Assembly (NCBI RefSeq): GCF_009914755.1
Contig: NC_060929.1
Reading direction: 5' to 3' (one strand)
Length of the DNA: 64,000 bases
DNA from: the human T2T-CHM13v2.0 reference genome, Homo sapiens
Every line of letters starts with the position of its first letter. Position 1 is the stretch's first letter. Positions 1 to 14,289 of this stretch are shown here, piece by piece. A program made the translations under genes and the position numbers. Under the pieces are notes generated by a model. It was not told the origin of the DNA and made no database searches. It was given only the letters and a program-made list of their open reading frames with translations.

Positions 1-507
1 TTATCATCTCATTTAACTTATGGAGAAGCAGGTATCATGGATTAGATTACAGGGTACTACTTAAAGGATAACCAGGTAAGAAGAGGAAACATTTACTTTC
101 TCTAAACTTGAGTACATGAGAGATTGTGGTAGATGATGGAGGAAACAGTAAGAAGCCTCCCTCCCACTCCCCTGCCTTGAGGTTGAGCCTAGAAAGGGAT
201 GGCTTTAGGAGAAACAATACAATTTGTGAGGCCTTAAACATATGGACATTTTATCACACTCTATACTTCGATTCCAAATACAGCAAAATAAACTTAATGC
301 TGTCTATGATTAGGCAGAAAGAAGATGATGTTTATTTTTCCTGACTGGCTCTTGATGCTATTTTAACATGGATAGACTTAGAAGCATCTGAAAGACCAGT
401 TGAGGGAGTTTTCAGGAGACATTTGCCCCAGTGGCTCCTCAGAAGCCAGAAGGGGTCCTTCTTGTCAAGTTCAAGAACAAATGGAAATCAGAATAAAACC
501 TGGGCTG

Positions 508-708
508 TCCTGAGCAACAGTGAGATCCCCTTCTCAACCAAAAAAAAAAAGAAGCTGGACTTGGTGGTGCACACCTGGAATCCTAGCTACTAGGGAGATA
601 GAGGCAGGATAATCGCTTGAGCCCAGGAGCTCAAGGTTTCAGTGAGATATGATCATGCTACTGCACTCCAGCCTGGCCAACAGAGCAAGACCATGTCTCA
701 AAATAAAT
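508..708 (+). mobile_element. 5'-truncated old Alu (AluJ/FRAM-like)
   Basis: End of left monomer, A-rich linker, then right-monomer motifs (cctagctactagggag, cactccagcctggccaacagagcaagacc) and a short A tail. Confidence 0.85.
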
Positions 709-3360
709 ACATATTTTCTGCTCCTTGTTGTATTTAAAAAAAGAAATAAAATAAAACCTGGACTCTATGTGTGGAGGATACTCTACATATATGCCAAGAG
801 TTGGGGGAAAAAGACAAAGCAGCCAAGTAGATCTGCTGGGTACTGGCAAGTAGAAAGAGAAATAACCCAGGTGACACAAACCACTGTCTTTACCCCAAAT
901 GTCAGCTGGTTGGGCAGTGATCAAGCAGACAATGGATGTCTATTAAAACATAAGAGCCAACTAGAGAATATCTAGGCAATCTGAGTACTCATTATTTCCA
1001 ATACCATAGCAAACTATTATTTCTTCTTTTTCCCTTTTGTTTACCACTGACTGTGTGTTTTGAAAAGAAAGTAAATTTGAAAACTCAAGCCTTTTTACCA
1101 GAAAACTTGAGTACTACAGAGAGGAACAGTTTATATTATTGCAGCAGTCTAAAGTTACTCCTACATAGAGGATAAGTGGTTTCTGAAAAACTCAAGATCA
1201 ATTTAGACAGATGTAGAAACTAGATTTTTTTTGAGTACATTTGTTGGTAAATATTTTTACTTGACTATAGAAGAAACCTTTATACATTTTGATTACCTCA
1301 ACAGTACAGTGAATTTGAAAGTGTTGAGATATAGTTCAGATTATGAAATTTCTCATTTACTAGTTCAGTAATTTAGATGTATGAGTTAATTTATATTGAC
1401 ACATCTGCTATGTTAGCCATTGTTCAAAACTCTATATGAATTACATGTGAAAATGTTTAGCACATTGCAAATTAGAAAAATAAATTAATATTGCAAATTT
1501 CCTTATATTTTTCTTATTTTTTATCTTTTAATCTACCCTATTTGTCCTAGAAACATATATTTAATCCCAAGCTAATTTCTCTAACGTTTACTAACATGAG
1601 TCTATACCCATGTTATAAATTTAAAAATTATGTAAGAATGTATGTTTTAGAGTTGTGGAGACATAACTTAATTTGGGAACTTCCTTCACTTAACTTTCAT
1701 TCAGCCTGGTTTCACAACGTGTCTTTTGGGGGACCTACAAAATTATTAAACAATATACCACCTAACATTAAGTTTAATATTTTACTCATTCTTCTTTTTT
1801 CTATACTGTATCTTCCATTATGTTTAGTGTTCAAATATTTGAGGGAGTGGAATGAAATGAGTTGATATGAAACAATATATTAATAATAACAGGAAAGGGA
1901 ACCAGTGTATTATAACAAATTTAAGCAGACATTTAACATTTTTCAATAATAGTCTTTGATTCTAATGTTTTAAACCAAAATTATATTTTCTATAGTTAGC
2001 ACGCAATTTATAATATAACTCATAATATTAAAACTACATAGCATATAATTTATAATTAACTGAATTGTGTCATCAAGTTGAATTGTATTTGAAGGGCTAA
2101 GGGCTTTATCTTTACAGGCTTTCCTTGTTAATCACCATGAAACATTCCATGAGACCCCATAAAATGGCTCCTTTCATCTCTATTATCTACAAAGGCACAG
2201 ACTATCTGCATCTTCCTCGTAGATGAGCACATGAGGTACTTAACCAATAAATATATGTTGAATACATGTGTAAATATATGAAGGATTAAAATAGCCTTAA
2301 GTAATATTATGGTTCCAAAGTATATAGCTCAAAAAGTGTTGTCATATCTGCCTTATATCTAACTACAATTTTTATACAGTGAAATTCACGTCACAAATAT
2401 AAAATCTGATGTGTTTTCACAAAAGAATACTTTCAAGTAACCAATAGCCTCATATTTCCATGAACTCAGAATGTTTCCTCACGCCCATTCAATTGCTTCA
2501 CCAGAAAAAGGCAAATGCTTTCTAATGCCTATCATCATTGATTAGTTTTGCCAGTTCTTGAAAGTATTAAAAGCAATCCTTATATAATACTTTTCTGGAT
2601 ATACATTATTTTGCTTAAGAATCAAGTATCTGCCACATGTTGGAAACAATTATTCAATTATGAACAAAACATATAATTTGCCTTCCTACAACTTGCTTTC
2701 TACCAAGGTAAGTGTATTAAATATCAAAATGGATTAATACAAAATTACTTGCTATGATAGGTACCCAGAAAATCTGAGGAACTGAGAAAAAAGTAGTGTG
2801 GATGAATAACAAGTGATTGAGATAAACAATGGCTAAAGATAAGATTTTTTAAATATACGTAAGATCACACAGTTTACAAAGAATTTCTATTCATCATAAG
2901 CACAATTAAAAGCTACAGAAAGATTAAGAATGAAACCGACATGGTCATATTTGCATTTTAGATGAAATGGATAGAAACTACCATCGTTATAGTTATATGC
3001 ATCTAGTTGCTGACTTTTCCCAATGTACAAGGAAAATGTCTAAATGTTCTATCTTCTTGTTTCACTACCATGATCATTTATCTGAGGTAACATCTACATT
3101 TCCATTTATTCCTCCTTTTCTATCAGTTTCATAATTACTTTTCCCCCCTCTTTCTTTTCATTTTAAGCTTATTCTGATAGGTCTTTCTCCTATTTCTTCT
3201 CTTCAACTTTCTTTTTTGTTTTTGTTGTTTATAGACAACTTTTCAATTCCACCAATGTGGATAAATTCATAATGATTGTTAAATTCTGGCTTCCCAAATA
3301 TTACCAAACACATGCCATTGATATGAAAAAACTGAGTATACAGATTACTATGGTCAGACA

Positions 3361-3767
3361 CATTAAATAAGCAGGAGGCCATTGGTTTAAGACTGTCTCC
3401 GTAGTTTGAGTTTCTACGTAATTAACTACAATCTAATTTAGCACATAAACAAACCAAAGCCTAACTCAGGAGTATATATATCTTTTGTAACAGATAGCTA
3501 GGTCTCAGCCAGTCACAAGCAGCCATGCTTCAGCTATTCATAGACAGGCAACTGATCAGACCATGTCCAAGTAAGGCAAACACCTAGCTGTAACCAGCCA
3601 AGCTATTTCTGTACTTTATTTCTACGTTCAACCTAAAAGCTCACTGCCTACATTGCAGTATGGAGCTCTCTGAATCTTCTGATTTTGAGTGCTTCCTAAT
3701 TTATGAATCACTCTTTGCTCAAATAAATTATGTTACATGTATTTTGTCTATGCTTTTTCTTTTAACG
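3361..3767 (+). mobile_element. Solo ERV1 LTR, MER57-like (MER4 group)
   Basis: ttaaataagcaggaggccatt start, taaggcaaacac...gctgtaacc motif, aataaa and ttttcttttaac end resemble recalled MER57-type consensus. Confidence 0.7.
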
Positions 3768-4602
3768 GGGAGAAAACACCTCAAAAAGATTTCAGTGTCT
3801 GGAAAAGAAGGCAAAGACAGAATTCTTTTAGAATTGAATGTTTGGTTTAATTATAGGTGTTTTAAATAAGTGAGGGGGTTTGATAAAGATTGGGTAAGAA
3901 TCATGATACCATAGTCCAGGGTTGGCAGTAACAGCAGAGTGAGATTGTGAGATGAGGAATTCAACAAATTTTAGGACAAAATAAACTGTCTGTTTGCATT
4001 TTTCATTGAAGGCTTCATAAGACTTTCTGCAAGTTCTTATAATTAAGAATCAAACCATTTGCCTGAGCAGAAGATTCCTAGAAAAATAAAGTCATGCCAA
4101 TGAAAACAGAGAAACAGCAAAGTCATGCTAATAAAGAGAGAGGAGCAGAACAATCTCATGCTAATATAGACAACTTGTGGTTTGGGTTCTGTGTCCAGGC
4201 TGTACGTAGGGGTAGATAATTTCAGGTCTCATTATTATCTCTGTTTTGTTTTATTCCCTCCGTCTTTCCCTTTTCTCACTCTCCTCCTCCCCAAAAATAC
4301 AGAATTCCATAGAAAATACCTCAACCCTTCAGAGTTCAGCCCCAAAAGTGATTAATCCATGTGTGCTTCCCAATCTCTTCACAGTCAAATTAGTTATGAG
4401 GTTTAATTCATATTAGAAAACTGTATGACATTCTAATCAGAGCCTGGGAAATACTTCTTTTTAATTATTTAAAATGTCTAAAACACTTCAGATTAATACT
4501 GGCATTTTAATTTACATTATTAAAAATAAAGCTAATTTAAATTTTTTTTTACTATTATTATTTATTCAAAGGACACAAAAGAGTAATTTGAGGTAACCTG
4601 GT

Positions 4603-5593
4603 TGTGATCATTAATTTTAAGTGTCAACTTGACTGGATTAAGGAATAACCAAAGAACTGGTAAAGCATCGTTTCTATGTGTGACCGTGACGGCATTTCAA
4701 GAAAAGATAGGTATGTAACTCAGTGGACAAAGTGCAAGGGATCTGCCTTCAAGTAGTAGGTGGGCACCATCCAATTGAATGGGGGCCCAGAGAGAACAAA
4801 AAGGTAAATTTTCTCTGTCTCCCTCCTGTAACTGGGACACTCTTCTTCCCCTGCTCATGGACATCAGAACTCCAGACTCTTCGGCCTTAAGACTCTGGAA
4901 CTTACACCAACAGCCGCCCTGGATTTCCAAGTCTTCAGCCTGGGGCTGAGAAATACAGCATTGGCTTTCCTGGTTCTGAGGCTTTTGGACTTTCACCCTG
5001 GTATGTTATTGGCATCCCAGGGTTTTCAGGTTGCAGAAGTTCTGTCATGAGGCTTCTCAGTATCCCGTAATCATCTGACTCAATTCCCCTAATCAATCCT
5101 ATCTGCTTATCTATCTAATCTATTTATTATCTATCTATATCATCTATCTATCATCTGTCTGTCTACTTATTATCTATTATGTATCCTATTAGTTCTTTCT
5201 GTCTGTATTAGTCTGTTTTCACACTGCTATAAAGAATGGCCTGAGCCTGGGTAATTTATAAAGCAAAGAGGTTTCATTGACTCAATTCCGTACAGCTGGG
5301 GAGGCTTCAGTAAACTTACAATCACGGCAGAGGGTGAAAGGAAAACATGGTATGTCTTACATGGCAGCAGGAGAGAAGGAGAGATCGAGATGGGAAGTAC
5401 CACATTTTAGAACCATCAGCTCTTGTGAGAACTCACTATTAGGAGAACAGCATGGGGGAACCATCCCAAGATACAATCACCTCCCACCAGGTCCCTCCTT
5501 CAACACATGGGGATTACAATTTGAGATAAAATTTGAATGGGGACAAAAAGGCAAACCATATCACTGTCACTCTTGAGAACCCTAACTAATACA
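4603..5593 (+). mobile_element. MLT2B-type (HERVL) solo LTR, interrupted by MSTA
   Basis: tgtgatc...gtgtcaacttgactggatt start, gaaccctaactaataca end, internal (TATC)n, perfect 5-bp TSD CTGGT at 4598-4602 and 5594-5598. Confidence 0.9.
5204..5563 (-). mobile_element. MSTA/THE1-type MaLR solo LTR nested in MLT2
   Basis: tgtattagtctgttttcacactgctataaag ... caaaccatatca; perfect TSD CTGTC at 5199-5203 and 5564-5568. Confidence 0.9.
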
Positions 5594-6660
5594 CTGGTTT
5601 AATACTAAAATTTCAAGAATTGTTATAAATAAAACAGGAATATATATTTGGAGACTGTAGGATCTCTTTAGAGTCCCTATTCATATGCACCATTATTTTC
5701 TTTTTAATAGTCAAAATAGGCTTGACTGCTTTAACAAAATTGGCCTTTTTTATTACTTCAACCTTTATAATTAATTTTGAAGTTAGACTAACTTTTTTTC
5801 CAGACTCTTCAGATGGTAAAACATATGGCACTGTTGTTGTTTAGATGAAGTAAAAGATAATGTGCTATTATATGGTTATTATGTAAATAGAGTTATTTGA
5901 GTCCCAGTGGGAGATTATTTAGGTCACTGAAGTAGCTACTCAATAGTTTTAAAAATAAAAATATCTTTGAGCAACAAAACAACTGTAGTTATCTTGAAAA
6001 CTGACAATACATTTTGTTGGAACCTAAAGGTTGAATATTACACTAATCAAGAAAGAATTATGTTCTAGTTTAGATCTTAATTTCTACCATAATAAAAGTT
6101 GTTTACATTAAAATAGTATGTATGTTTTTTGAAATTAATGTTTTTGCTAGACATACCCAAAGGCCCATTTAGATATAATTTGAGAGAACAGTACTCACTA
6201 CTTTTCTAAGCACCTACATTTTTGTACCGTATTTTGTATATAATTTAGGCTAACATTATAATTCTTACACAGTAAAATGAGTCCTTTCGTTCCCTCACTG
6301 CAGAAGCAATACATGTAATAGTCTGTAAGAATTAGTGTTTTCTAACACGTTCCTTACTTTTAAGTAATTATACAAACAGGAAAAGGTGAGCTCAGTATTT
6401 TCTACTGTGTAGCTTGAAATTATTTGGCAATTGTTAGATTTTTGTAAAACAACAAATGATGATACTTTGAATGTGCAGTATGAATGATAATTGTACTTTT
6501 CAAACAAATTATCGTTTGTTGAAGGTACCTGAGAATGAAAGAAATAAGACAGAGAGAGTGTGTCAAGAGTTCCTTAAATTACAACTTTAAGCTGTTTTAA
6601 CTCATGCTTGAAGCATTTAGGATTCAAGGAAATATGGGTTATAGGCAATTGTGAGTAGTA

Positions 6661-6971
6661 CAGTTACCCTCAGTCATTAGCAGGGGGTAGGTTCTAAAAT
6701 CCCCAGTGGATGTCTACAAGCACATAGACAGTACCAAATCCTATATATACTGTTATTTTTTTTCTACCCATACCTATCTATGATAAAGTTTAATTTATAA
6801 ATTTGGCACAGCAAAATATTATCAACAATAATGGATGATAAAGTTGAATGATTATCATTAAGTAAGCATGCTTCCTCTCTCTCTCAAAATATCTTTATAC
6901 TTTTAGATTGCTGTTGACTGCTGGTAAATGGAACTGCAAAAGATGAAATCATGAATGAGAGAGGACTACTG
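6661..6971 (-). mobile_element. MER44A-like Tigger (TcMar) non-autonomous DNA transposon
   Basis: CAGT...ACTG termini flanked by TA; tgataaagtttaatttataaatttggcacag and ctctctctcaaaatatctt motifs. Confidence 0.8.
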
Positions 6972-7428
6972 TATATGTAATTTGGTAATTAAAGAGCGAG
7001 AGACTACTGCTTCGTATTGTTATGAAGGGGAGAGCAGGAGGATCCAAGATGTAGTACAGATGTTTGACACTCATAGTGATGAAAGCAGAAAGCAGGTGAA
7101 AAAACAGATAATGAACTGGTATCTTGATAAACAAAAGATATAACTAGTTATCAGAAAATTGCTTTCTTGATGTAAGGGCATGAGGAAACTTATTCACAGA
7201 AAATAAAAGTCTTTTAGATGGCTTTATTGGCTGCAATGGGGCTGTGATATTCAGGGATATACAGTGAAAATAAATCCATGAGCTAAGAAGCTTCTTGTTG
7301 GCTTATTCCAACCTTCCTTTATTCAATTATCCACACTTTGAATTAATAAATACTATGTTTCTGGTCTTGTTCAAGGTGTTGGGGTTTCATCTAACAGGAA
7401 ATGGTGTACTACAACTCAATTCTTGTGC

Positions 7429-7843
7429 TGTCTTAGTACGTTCCTGCTGCTATAAGAAAATACCTTAAGCTGGGCAATTTATAAAGAACAGAAATTTATT
7501 TCTCATAGTACCAAAGACTATGAGTCCAAGATCTAAGCATGGGAAGGTTGAGTGTTTGGTGAGAGCTCAGTCTCTGCTTCTGAAATGGCACTTTGTTGCT
7601 GCATCCTCCAGAGTGGAGGAACACTGTGTTGGTGGAAAGGATAGAAGAAGTGTGGAAGGGACAGAAGAAGTGTGGAAGGATGAAGGCTGCATGAAGCCTT
7701 TGGTATAAGGATCTTAATCTAATTCATGAAAGAAGAACCCTCTGACCTAATGTTTTCTTAAAGGCAACACCTCTTAATATTATCACATTGGTCAACAAGT
7801 TTCAACACCTAAGTTTTGGCGGGATCACATTCAAAACATAGAA
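7429..7843 (-). mobile_element. MSTC/MSTD-type MaLR LTR
   Basis: tgtcttagt...gctgctataa...gggcaatttataaagaacagaaatttatttctca; ends cattcaaaacatag. Confidence 0.8.
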
Positions 7844-7845
7844 GA

Positions 7846-7992
7846 TTCTAACCACCCCCACCCCCCAAATTTAGCACATATCCCACAGATTAAGGGTTTG
7901 GTACTTCACGAGACTGCCCTTGTTTTAGATGCCAGCCATCAGTGGAGAGTCCTCGGGTCACCTGCACTTCTCACAAAATGCCTACAGATCGG
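7846..7992. mobile_element. MER21-like LTR fragment
   Basis: cccacagattaaggg...agactgccct...gatgccagcc...cacctgcacttct motifs. Confidence 0.55.
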
Positions 7993-10900
7993 GAAACAGT
8001 TGTGGGTAATGATTATACAATGATACAAATGGATTGTCTGTATTGCATAATTTAAAATTTTCAAATAAAGACATAAGGGATCATGAAACAGAATCCTACT
8101 GCAAGAAAAATTTTATTGATTAAATACTAAACTTGAAGATAAATGTTGACAACAGGGAAGAAAATGTTCAGAAGTTTTTATTCATGATGGGAGTAAGAAA
8201 AGGAAGAGAAGAGGGGTAAGAATTTTATCTAAATGGCTCACTTTGTAGAACTTGAAACCAGTCGGAAATAGGGGATCTTGGTAGAAAATATAGTTCCTTG
8301 GTTCTATATAATGATAATAAAATGTGTCTGATTAGAATGAAATCTCCGAGATTTTTTTTTTCTGTTTTGTCTATTCCATTCTTCTAGAATAGGACCTGGC
8401 ACATAGAAAATACTCAAATTCTTAAAAAATAACTAACTAATAGTGCAAGCATAGTATATTCCACTAACAAAATGAATAAATACAACTGTATTGATCCAAA
8501 AATAAAAGGACAAGAAGAAAAAATAATATGAAAAAGTAAACATAGTAAGATTCAAGAAATATAATAACATGTCATTTATTCTGCTAGAGTGGAATATGTA
8601 TATTGTATTCTTCCATTCATTAAATACCAAGTTTGTCAGAGTTAAAAATTTTGATGCAACTATATGCTATTGAAAAAAAAAAAGAAGAAATAAGCCTCTT
8701 AAAATAAAAATAAACAAGAATTTCTAAATGAAGGAGTACACAAAGAGACAATAGGCAAATGCAAATAAAAAAAAACAGAAATGGCCATATTCACGTTAAG
8801 ATTGTTGGTGGTTAAGAACACAATCAAGTAGGATAAAAAGAGAGATGATATAATGAAATAATAAAAGTGACAAATGTCAAAGAAATGTAAAGATTATATA
8901 CCCATACATACCGAACAGTATAGTGTTTAAACATAGAGATCAATGTATATTGGAAATTAAGGGAAAATTTAACAGATATAGTTGACAAAAGTAAGTAACA
9001 GCACAAAGGAATTGAGTGATAAAATGAATACATTTGATTTAATAAGTAAATATAAGCAAAACTGTATATTACTCAATATAACATATATATTTTTCATGTG
9101 TCTACTTTTGTAAAAATATTGCACACCACCAGTAGCTTAACAACCACATGAAAATTTTAAAAGGCAAAATTTCTGAATACCGTGTTATTTACAATATAAT
9201 AATCAAAAGATGATGTGAATGCCTTAAAAATTAACAAACACAATAATAATTAATCCCCAGATCATTGAAATGAACTCAAAAGAGAAATAAATATTATACA
9301 GAAAAGTTTTTAAATGGCCACACCTTATACTAAAGCTAATGGACAGTCAATGCCACATTTAGAGCAAATTAATGGCTTTTGATCTTCGTTATTAAAAGAA
9401 TAAAGAATAAATTAAATGATTTAGTATTCAACTGTGATATGCTTCCTTATTTTACTTCCCTAACACTCATTTCCAGTTTTTCTTTTGCTTGCTCATGTTG
9501 ACTTCAGAGACTGGAAATGCATCATGCTACCTCTTCTCATCTTCCTTGCTTCTCAGGGTGTCCAAGTGCACACGGTTTTCACTAGTGACACATAAGTAAT
9601 CTCTTATACGAATGCCAAAAAATATTTGCTTTCCTGATGAAATGAACAGCTGTTTCTGTGACTAGCCCCTTCCCAACTTATTCTAGTCTTGAATGCAGAC
9701 TGATGCCAAGTTCCCAAATACAGCCATCATGTGAACATATGAACATGTGAAGAGAAAAGAGGGAGAAAATACATAACTTGCTCTACTTTGAGATGCACAC
9801 AAGATATGTATCTACTGAAGCTGTGGTATTAGCACAAATGGCAGGAACTCTCTGAATGTTAGTTATAGTGGTTACCCTTAACAACTTTCAGCCAAATTTC
9901 CAAAAGGAGGTATGAAAGTTCTGAAAGCAGTCTAAAGCAGAGAAGGAGAAAATAATGCTTTGCTGGAGGTATGCTCTCAATATGTGGGCTGCAATCTAAG
10001 TGATTTAGAGCCCTATAATTTGTAGACCTGCTGGGTTTGAAAATAAAATTTGTGTACCCCAAATTGCAACTAGTCCAAGAAGCAGGGAAATAGCTGTCTC
10101 AGCAGGAGATAAGATTGATAAAATTAGGCAGCAGGTGGCAAAGGGAGGATTTAGGATGGGACCTTTTACCCAAGGCTGTCATTTTACACTGCCTTGGGGT
10201 AACAGCCATTATGGGAAGGTGAAGGGGTATGGATAGAACAGAGACCAGCAAGTTGTAAAAAAAAGAAAAAAAAACTTAGAAACTTAAAAAACTATGTTAA
10301 AGACTTAAAAGACTGTGTTAAACTTAAAAGACTATGTTTAAGAAAAATCCTTGGCCATGTTTATTTGCACAAAGACTGACTGGAAGAAAATACCCTTAAA
10401 ACATAATTGTTTTTTTGTTTTGTTTAAAAAAAAACATTTTGCAAAAATAACAGCCATCTTGACCTCCACAACCTGTAACTCTTCAGCACCTACTACAAAA
10501 GCTGATCATTCACCAGGGTAGGCATTCATCCTAAAGTTCATCTCCTATGGCCAAGACAGAAAATGGATAAGATAGATCATCCCAATTTCACAAGTAGCAG
10601 CCAATGACAATGAATAATAGAGTCCTAGATGGCAACAATAGGGTTGTAATTTGAGGAGGTGGACAGATGTGTGTGAGAGGGGTACCTATCAGATCAACTT
10701 ACCTGGACAGAGCAATCTCATTTTTGCTCACCATCATAAGTTGTTAAGAGCTACGCATCTCTGACTGCCATATGGTTCTCTTCTTTCCTTCCTTTAATGG
10801 GACTTTTTTTCCTATTACCCACTTTCTCTTCAAATACTGCATTGTCAGTGTGTTAAACAAAGATATCATGTCATTTGGGCATGGATCACTAGAATAGGAG

Positions 10901-11009
10901 GAGCCAGTGACAATACTACAACTTACCAAAATATCCTCAACTTCGACTTTGTGCAGAAACTAAATGACAATTGGTGAGCAAGTTGTGTCTAATGTGCCCG
11001 GCAGCTTAA

Positions 11010-11380
11010 GAAAACATTCCACAAGCTTCTCCTTATTCCAAGCCACAGATCTCCCTTTTCTTGGAGCATTTACTTTAGATAATGTGTACTTTTAAATTAT
11101 TTGTCTGCCCCTTTGAGATGCAGAAATTTTAAAGAGCCTCTGAGCAGTTTTACAACTCAGGAATGTTCTTCCTAAGGATCTTAGAGCCATGCCTTTGAAA
11201 TACAATCATTAAGAAAGATAGGGCCCCTATCTCCCAATCTCCATGGGAGGTTAGGAGCCCAACTTTTCTGGGCTTAAAACTGCCTTCTGTCTTGAAAATA
11301 GGGAAAAGTTTATTTTCCATTGGAAAAAACAATTATCAAGCACAGATGGGCTAAGAACTGATCTCTCACTTCAGCTCTGT
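11010..11380. mobile_element. MER34/MER39-type ERV1 LTR fragment
   Basis: ggaatgttcttcctaaggatcttagagccatgcctttgaaat...aagatagggcccctatctccca motif. Confidence 0.55.
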
Positions 11381-13006
11381 ATATTCTCTTTTTCTTTCTT
11401 GATTATGTTGATAACTGGAGATGTTACCAACAAGAGACATCAGCAAGATAATTAAAAATGCATGGTTCTGCTACACTGAACCATGCTGTCAGCCTACTAC
11501 TTTCAGATTTTGTGTGTGTGTGTATGTGTATGAAAAAATAAACTTCTTTCTTTAATAATTACTAAGACATTCTGTTACATTCAGCCAAAATAATTTCTTA
11601 ATGACATTAACATCTCCAGAAACTGGAAAAGTAAAAAGAATATAAAACAAAATGTTGGACATGTGAAGTTAGTGATATTGAAAATTCCCGAGTCAGAAAA
11701 AGTTTTAAATATTAATTTAAATTCCAAATTTTAGTTGAGAGCCATAAAATCAAAACCTCACAAGCATGATGGTAGAAAAAGAAAGAGCAAAGATGGTGCT
11801 TAACAATGAAAATTAAAGAAAATAACTATAAAAAGTTACTGTGCAACTCATTAAATAACAGCATACAAATTACAAAAGGTGACAGAAAATGCCAAAAAAA
11901 GATTAGACTAATTAATCTACATTAAAAGAATAGAGTGTTTAATAAAAATGTGCCATTGAAAAAAATGCCAGTGGGTCAGATAAGGGTCACAAATGGAGAG
12001 TACTGGCCTTTTAAAAAATGAAAATTACACTATTATTTAAAATATTCCAGGTTATGGTAAAGATAGAAAAATCCCCAATTCCTTTCATAGAGGAAGTATA
12101 ATTTTAATAACAGAATTTCACGAGTGATTTTAAAATCTTGTATAACATTCCCTCCCATGTTATACTGTAGATTTAAAAGCTCTAAATGAATGTTAACTAA
12201 AATGAAGTGATGATACAAAAAAATGTTACACTACAACAAATAGGATTTGCTCCAGAAGGTGCAAACCCAGCAAATAGGATTTGCACAGAAGGTGATTTAT
12301 TACCAGGTCCATGCTTAATATAATTTATTTGAGCAATAAAGTAAGGAAAAAAATTTTAAGAGTATATCAATAAATATTTAAACATAATTTGATCATAAAA
12401 CATTAGGTAGTTTGGAGTATAAGTAAACTAATAAAAAAGATTACAAAATAAGTTTCAATTGTTATTCTAAATGTTAAGAAACTAAAGTAGTTTTATTAAA
12501 TCAAGAACTGGACAAGGAAATTACTACCCTGTTAGAATTTAATCTTGTCCTCAAAATGTATTACCATGTGTTAATTATAATTTTTTCAAAATTTTAAAAG
12601 GCATGTTATAAACACTGTCTTACAAAGTTCTTAGTTTAATAATCAGTTCATTTCACTATAATAAAGCAGGTCACAATGCGTAAAATGAAAAATAAAGAAT
12701 TCTGTGAAGAAATAGAAAATTAAATAATTTTTGTGAGCATTGGAAAAGCAAGTTATAAAATATCTCTTTGATGATGACATAAACATATTTCTAAAAAAAA
12801 GAGAAATCTGACCCATAAAAAACTAAATGATTAACAAAAAATATTGAACATATGGTAAAATAGTTTTTTTGTTCAAGTAAGAACACACTAGAGAAAAAAC
12901 ATTTTAAAAACAATCGATTATAGTAGTTAATACAAAAGCAAAAGCATCTAAAATTTTTGTGAATAATTTGAACAAGAAAGACATAGTAACTATCAAGAAA
13001 TATATA

Positions 13007-13211
13007 TTTTTTTAACTTTCAGGCTCAGGGGTGCATGTGCAGATTTGTTGTGTAGGTAAACTTGTTTCATGGGGATTTGTTGTACAGATTATCTCATCAC
13101 CCAGGTACTAAACCTAGTACCCAGAAGCTATTTTTTTCTGATTCTCTGCCCCCCAACCATCCACCCTCAAGTAAGCCTCAGTGTCTGTGTTCCCGTCTTT
13201 GTGTCAATGTG
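13007..13211 (-). mobile_element. Short 3' end of L1PA13-16 class LINE
   Basis: T tract then caggggtgcatgtgcagatttgtt...catcacccaggtactaa; imperfect TSD tca(a/g)gaaatat at 12993-13003 and 13212-13222. Confidence 0.85.
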
Positions 13212-14239
13212 TCAGGAAATATTTTACTGAAAGACAAAAAAATCTAATCATAGCTAGAAACAGAAAATAATGTACCTGAATGAAAAAAATTCGAAAGCGA
13301 AATATGTTGATTCATTTAGTGTTCAAATATAAAATACATTTCATTTTAATTAGGAACTTCACAGAGAAATTCTTGAATTGGATACAAATGAATACATTAT
13401 AATTCCCATAGGAAACATTATAAATCTTTAAGAATCTTTAAATACAAATAAAAACATAATAAACCCTTAAATTGAAACTTGAGCAGTAAGGAGAAAATAA
13501 ATGAAAAAAGATGGAAAGCCTCAAGCAAAACTGTAATATAAACACAGTAATAAAGAGAATAATTGTGAGGCACGTGGCACAATAGAGAAGATGACACTTC
13601 TACATTTAAATCAGGAACCCCGAGGGAGACTAAAGCTCTCCAACATTGTCTTCCAAATCCCAGCAGAATCAAACACAGTTCTCTCTGCAGGAGAGCATTC
13701 CTCAATGCTGACCCCTAAAATTTCCATAGATTAATAGCCTCCAAATATGAACTCACAGTAGAAGATGAAAAATCATGAGAGGAAACAAGATACAATAATG
13801 AAACGTTAACAAGCAGAGGATGTAAGTGCTAAGTTATGAAAAGCACATCAGACAGAATATAAAATAACTAAATATAAAATATGGATGACAATAACAGGGG
13901 GTCAAAAAACAAAACTATTGAAACAACGACAGACCTGGATCTAGCCATGAAAGAATGGTTTGTGCATAATCCTATTTCTTAAAATAGCAGTAGAAGCAGG
14001 GAAAATAAATAGAAGACCTGCATGAAGACAGTGAAGAGCAACCAAAACAGGCAGAACTAGATGTGCTTCAATGACTGAGAAAGGTCATTGTTCATTGCTC
14101 TTAGATGTTTGTTTTATTTATTGTGGTCTTTCAAAAGCAATATTTCAATGCCTATTATAAATTTTAAAAATTATATATATATATATCTCGACCTAGCAAT
14201 TCTATTTTAGGAGGCTTTCCCACAAAAGGTAGGACATCT

Positions 14240-14289
14240 AAGCCAGGTGCGATGATGTATACCTGTAGTCCTAGCTAACATGGAAGCTG
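14240..14289 (+). mobile_element. Alu/FAM fragment (about 50 bp)
   Basis: agccaggtgcgatgatgtatacctgtagtcctagcta; ends abruptly. Confidence 0.7.

Larger units (their letters stand above)
8430..13560 (+). mobile_element. Highly decayed L1M ORF2 fragments interrupted by LTR relics (~9430-11600)
   Basis: A-rich L1-like endonuclease/RT remnants (e.g. aaatcaagaactggacaagg, tctctttgatgatgacat); heavily degraded. Confidence 0.6.

Noticed and set aside
12237-12294. ~24-bp direct repeat caaataggatttgc...agaaggtg
   Set aside because: Small slippage duplication inside a decayed L1
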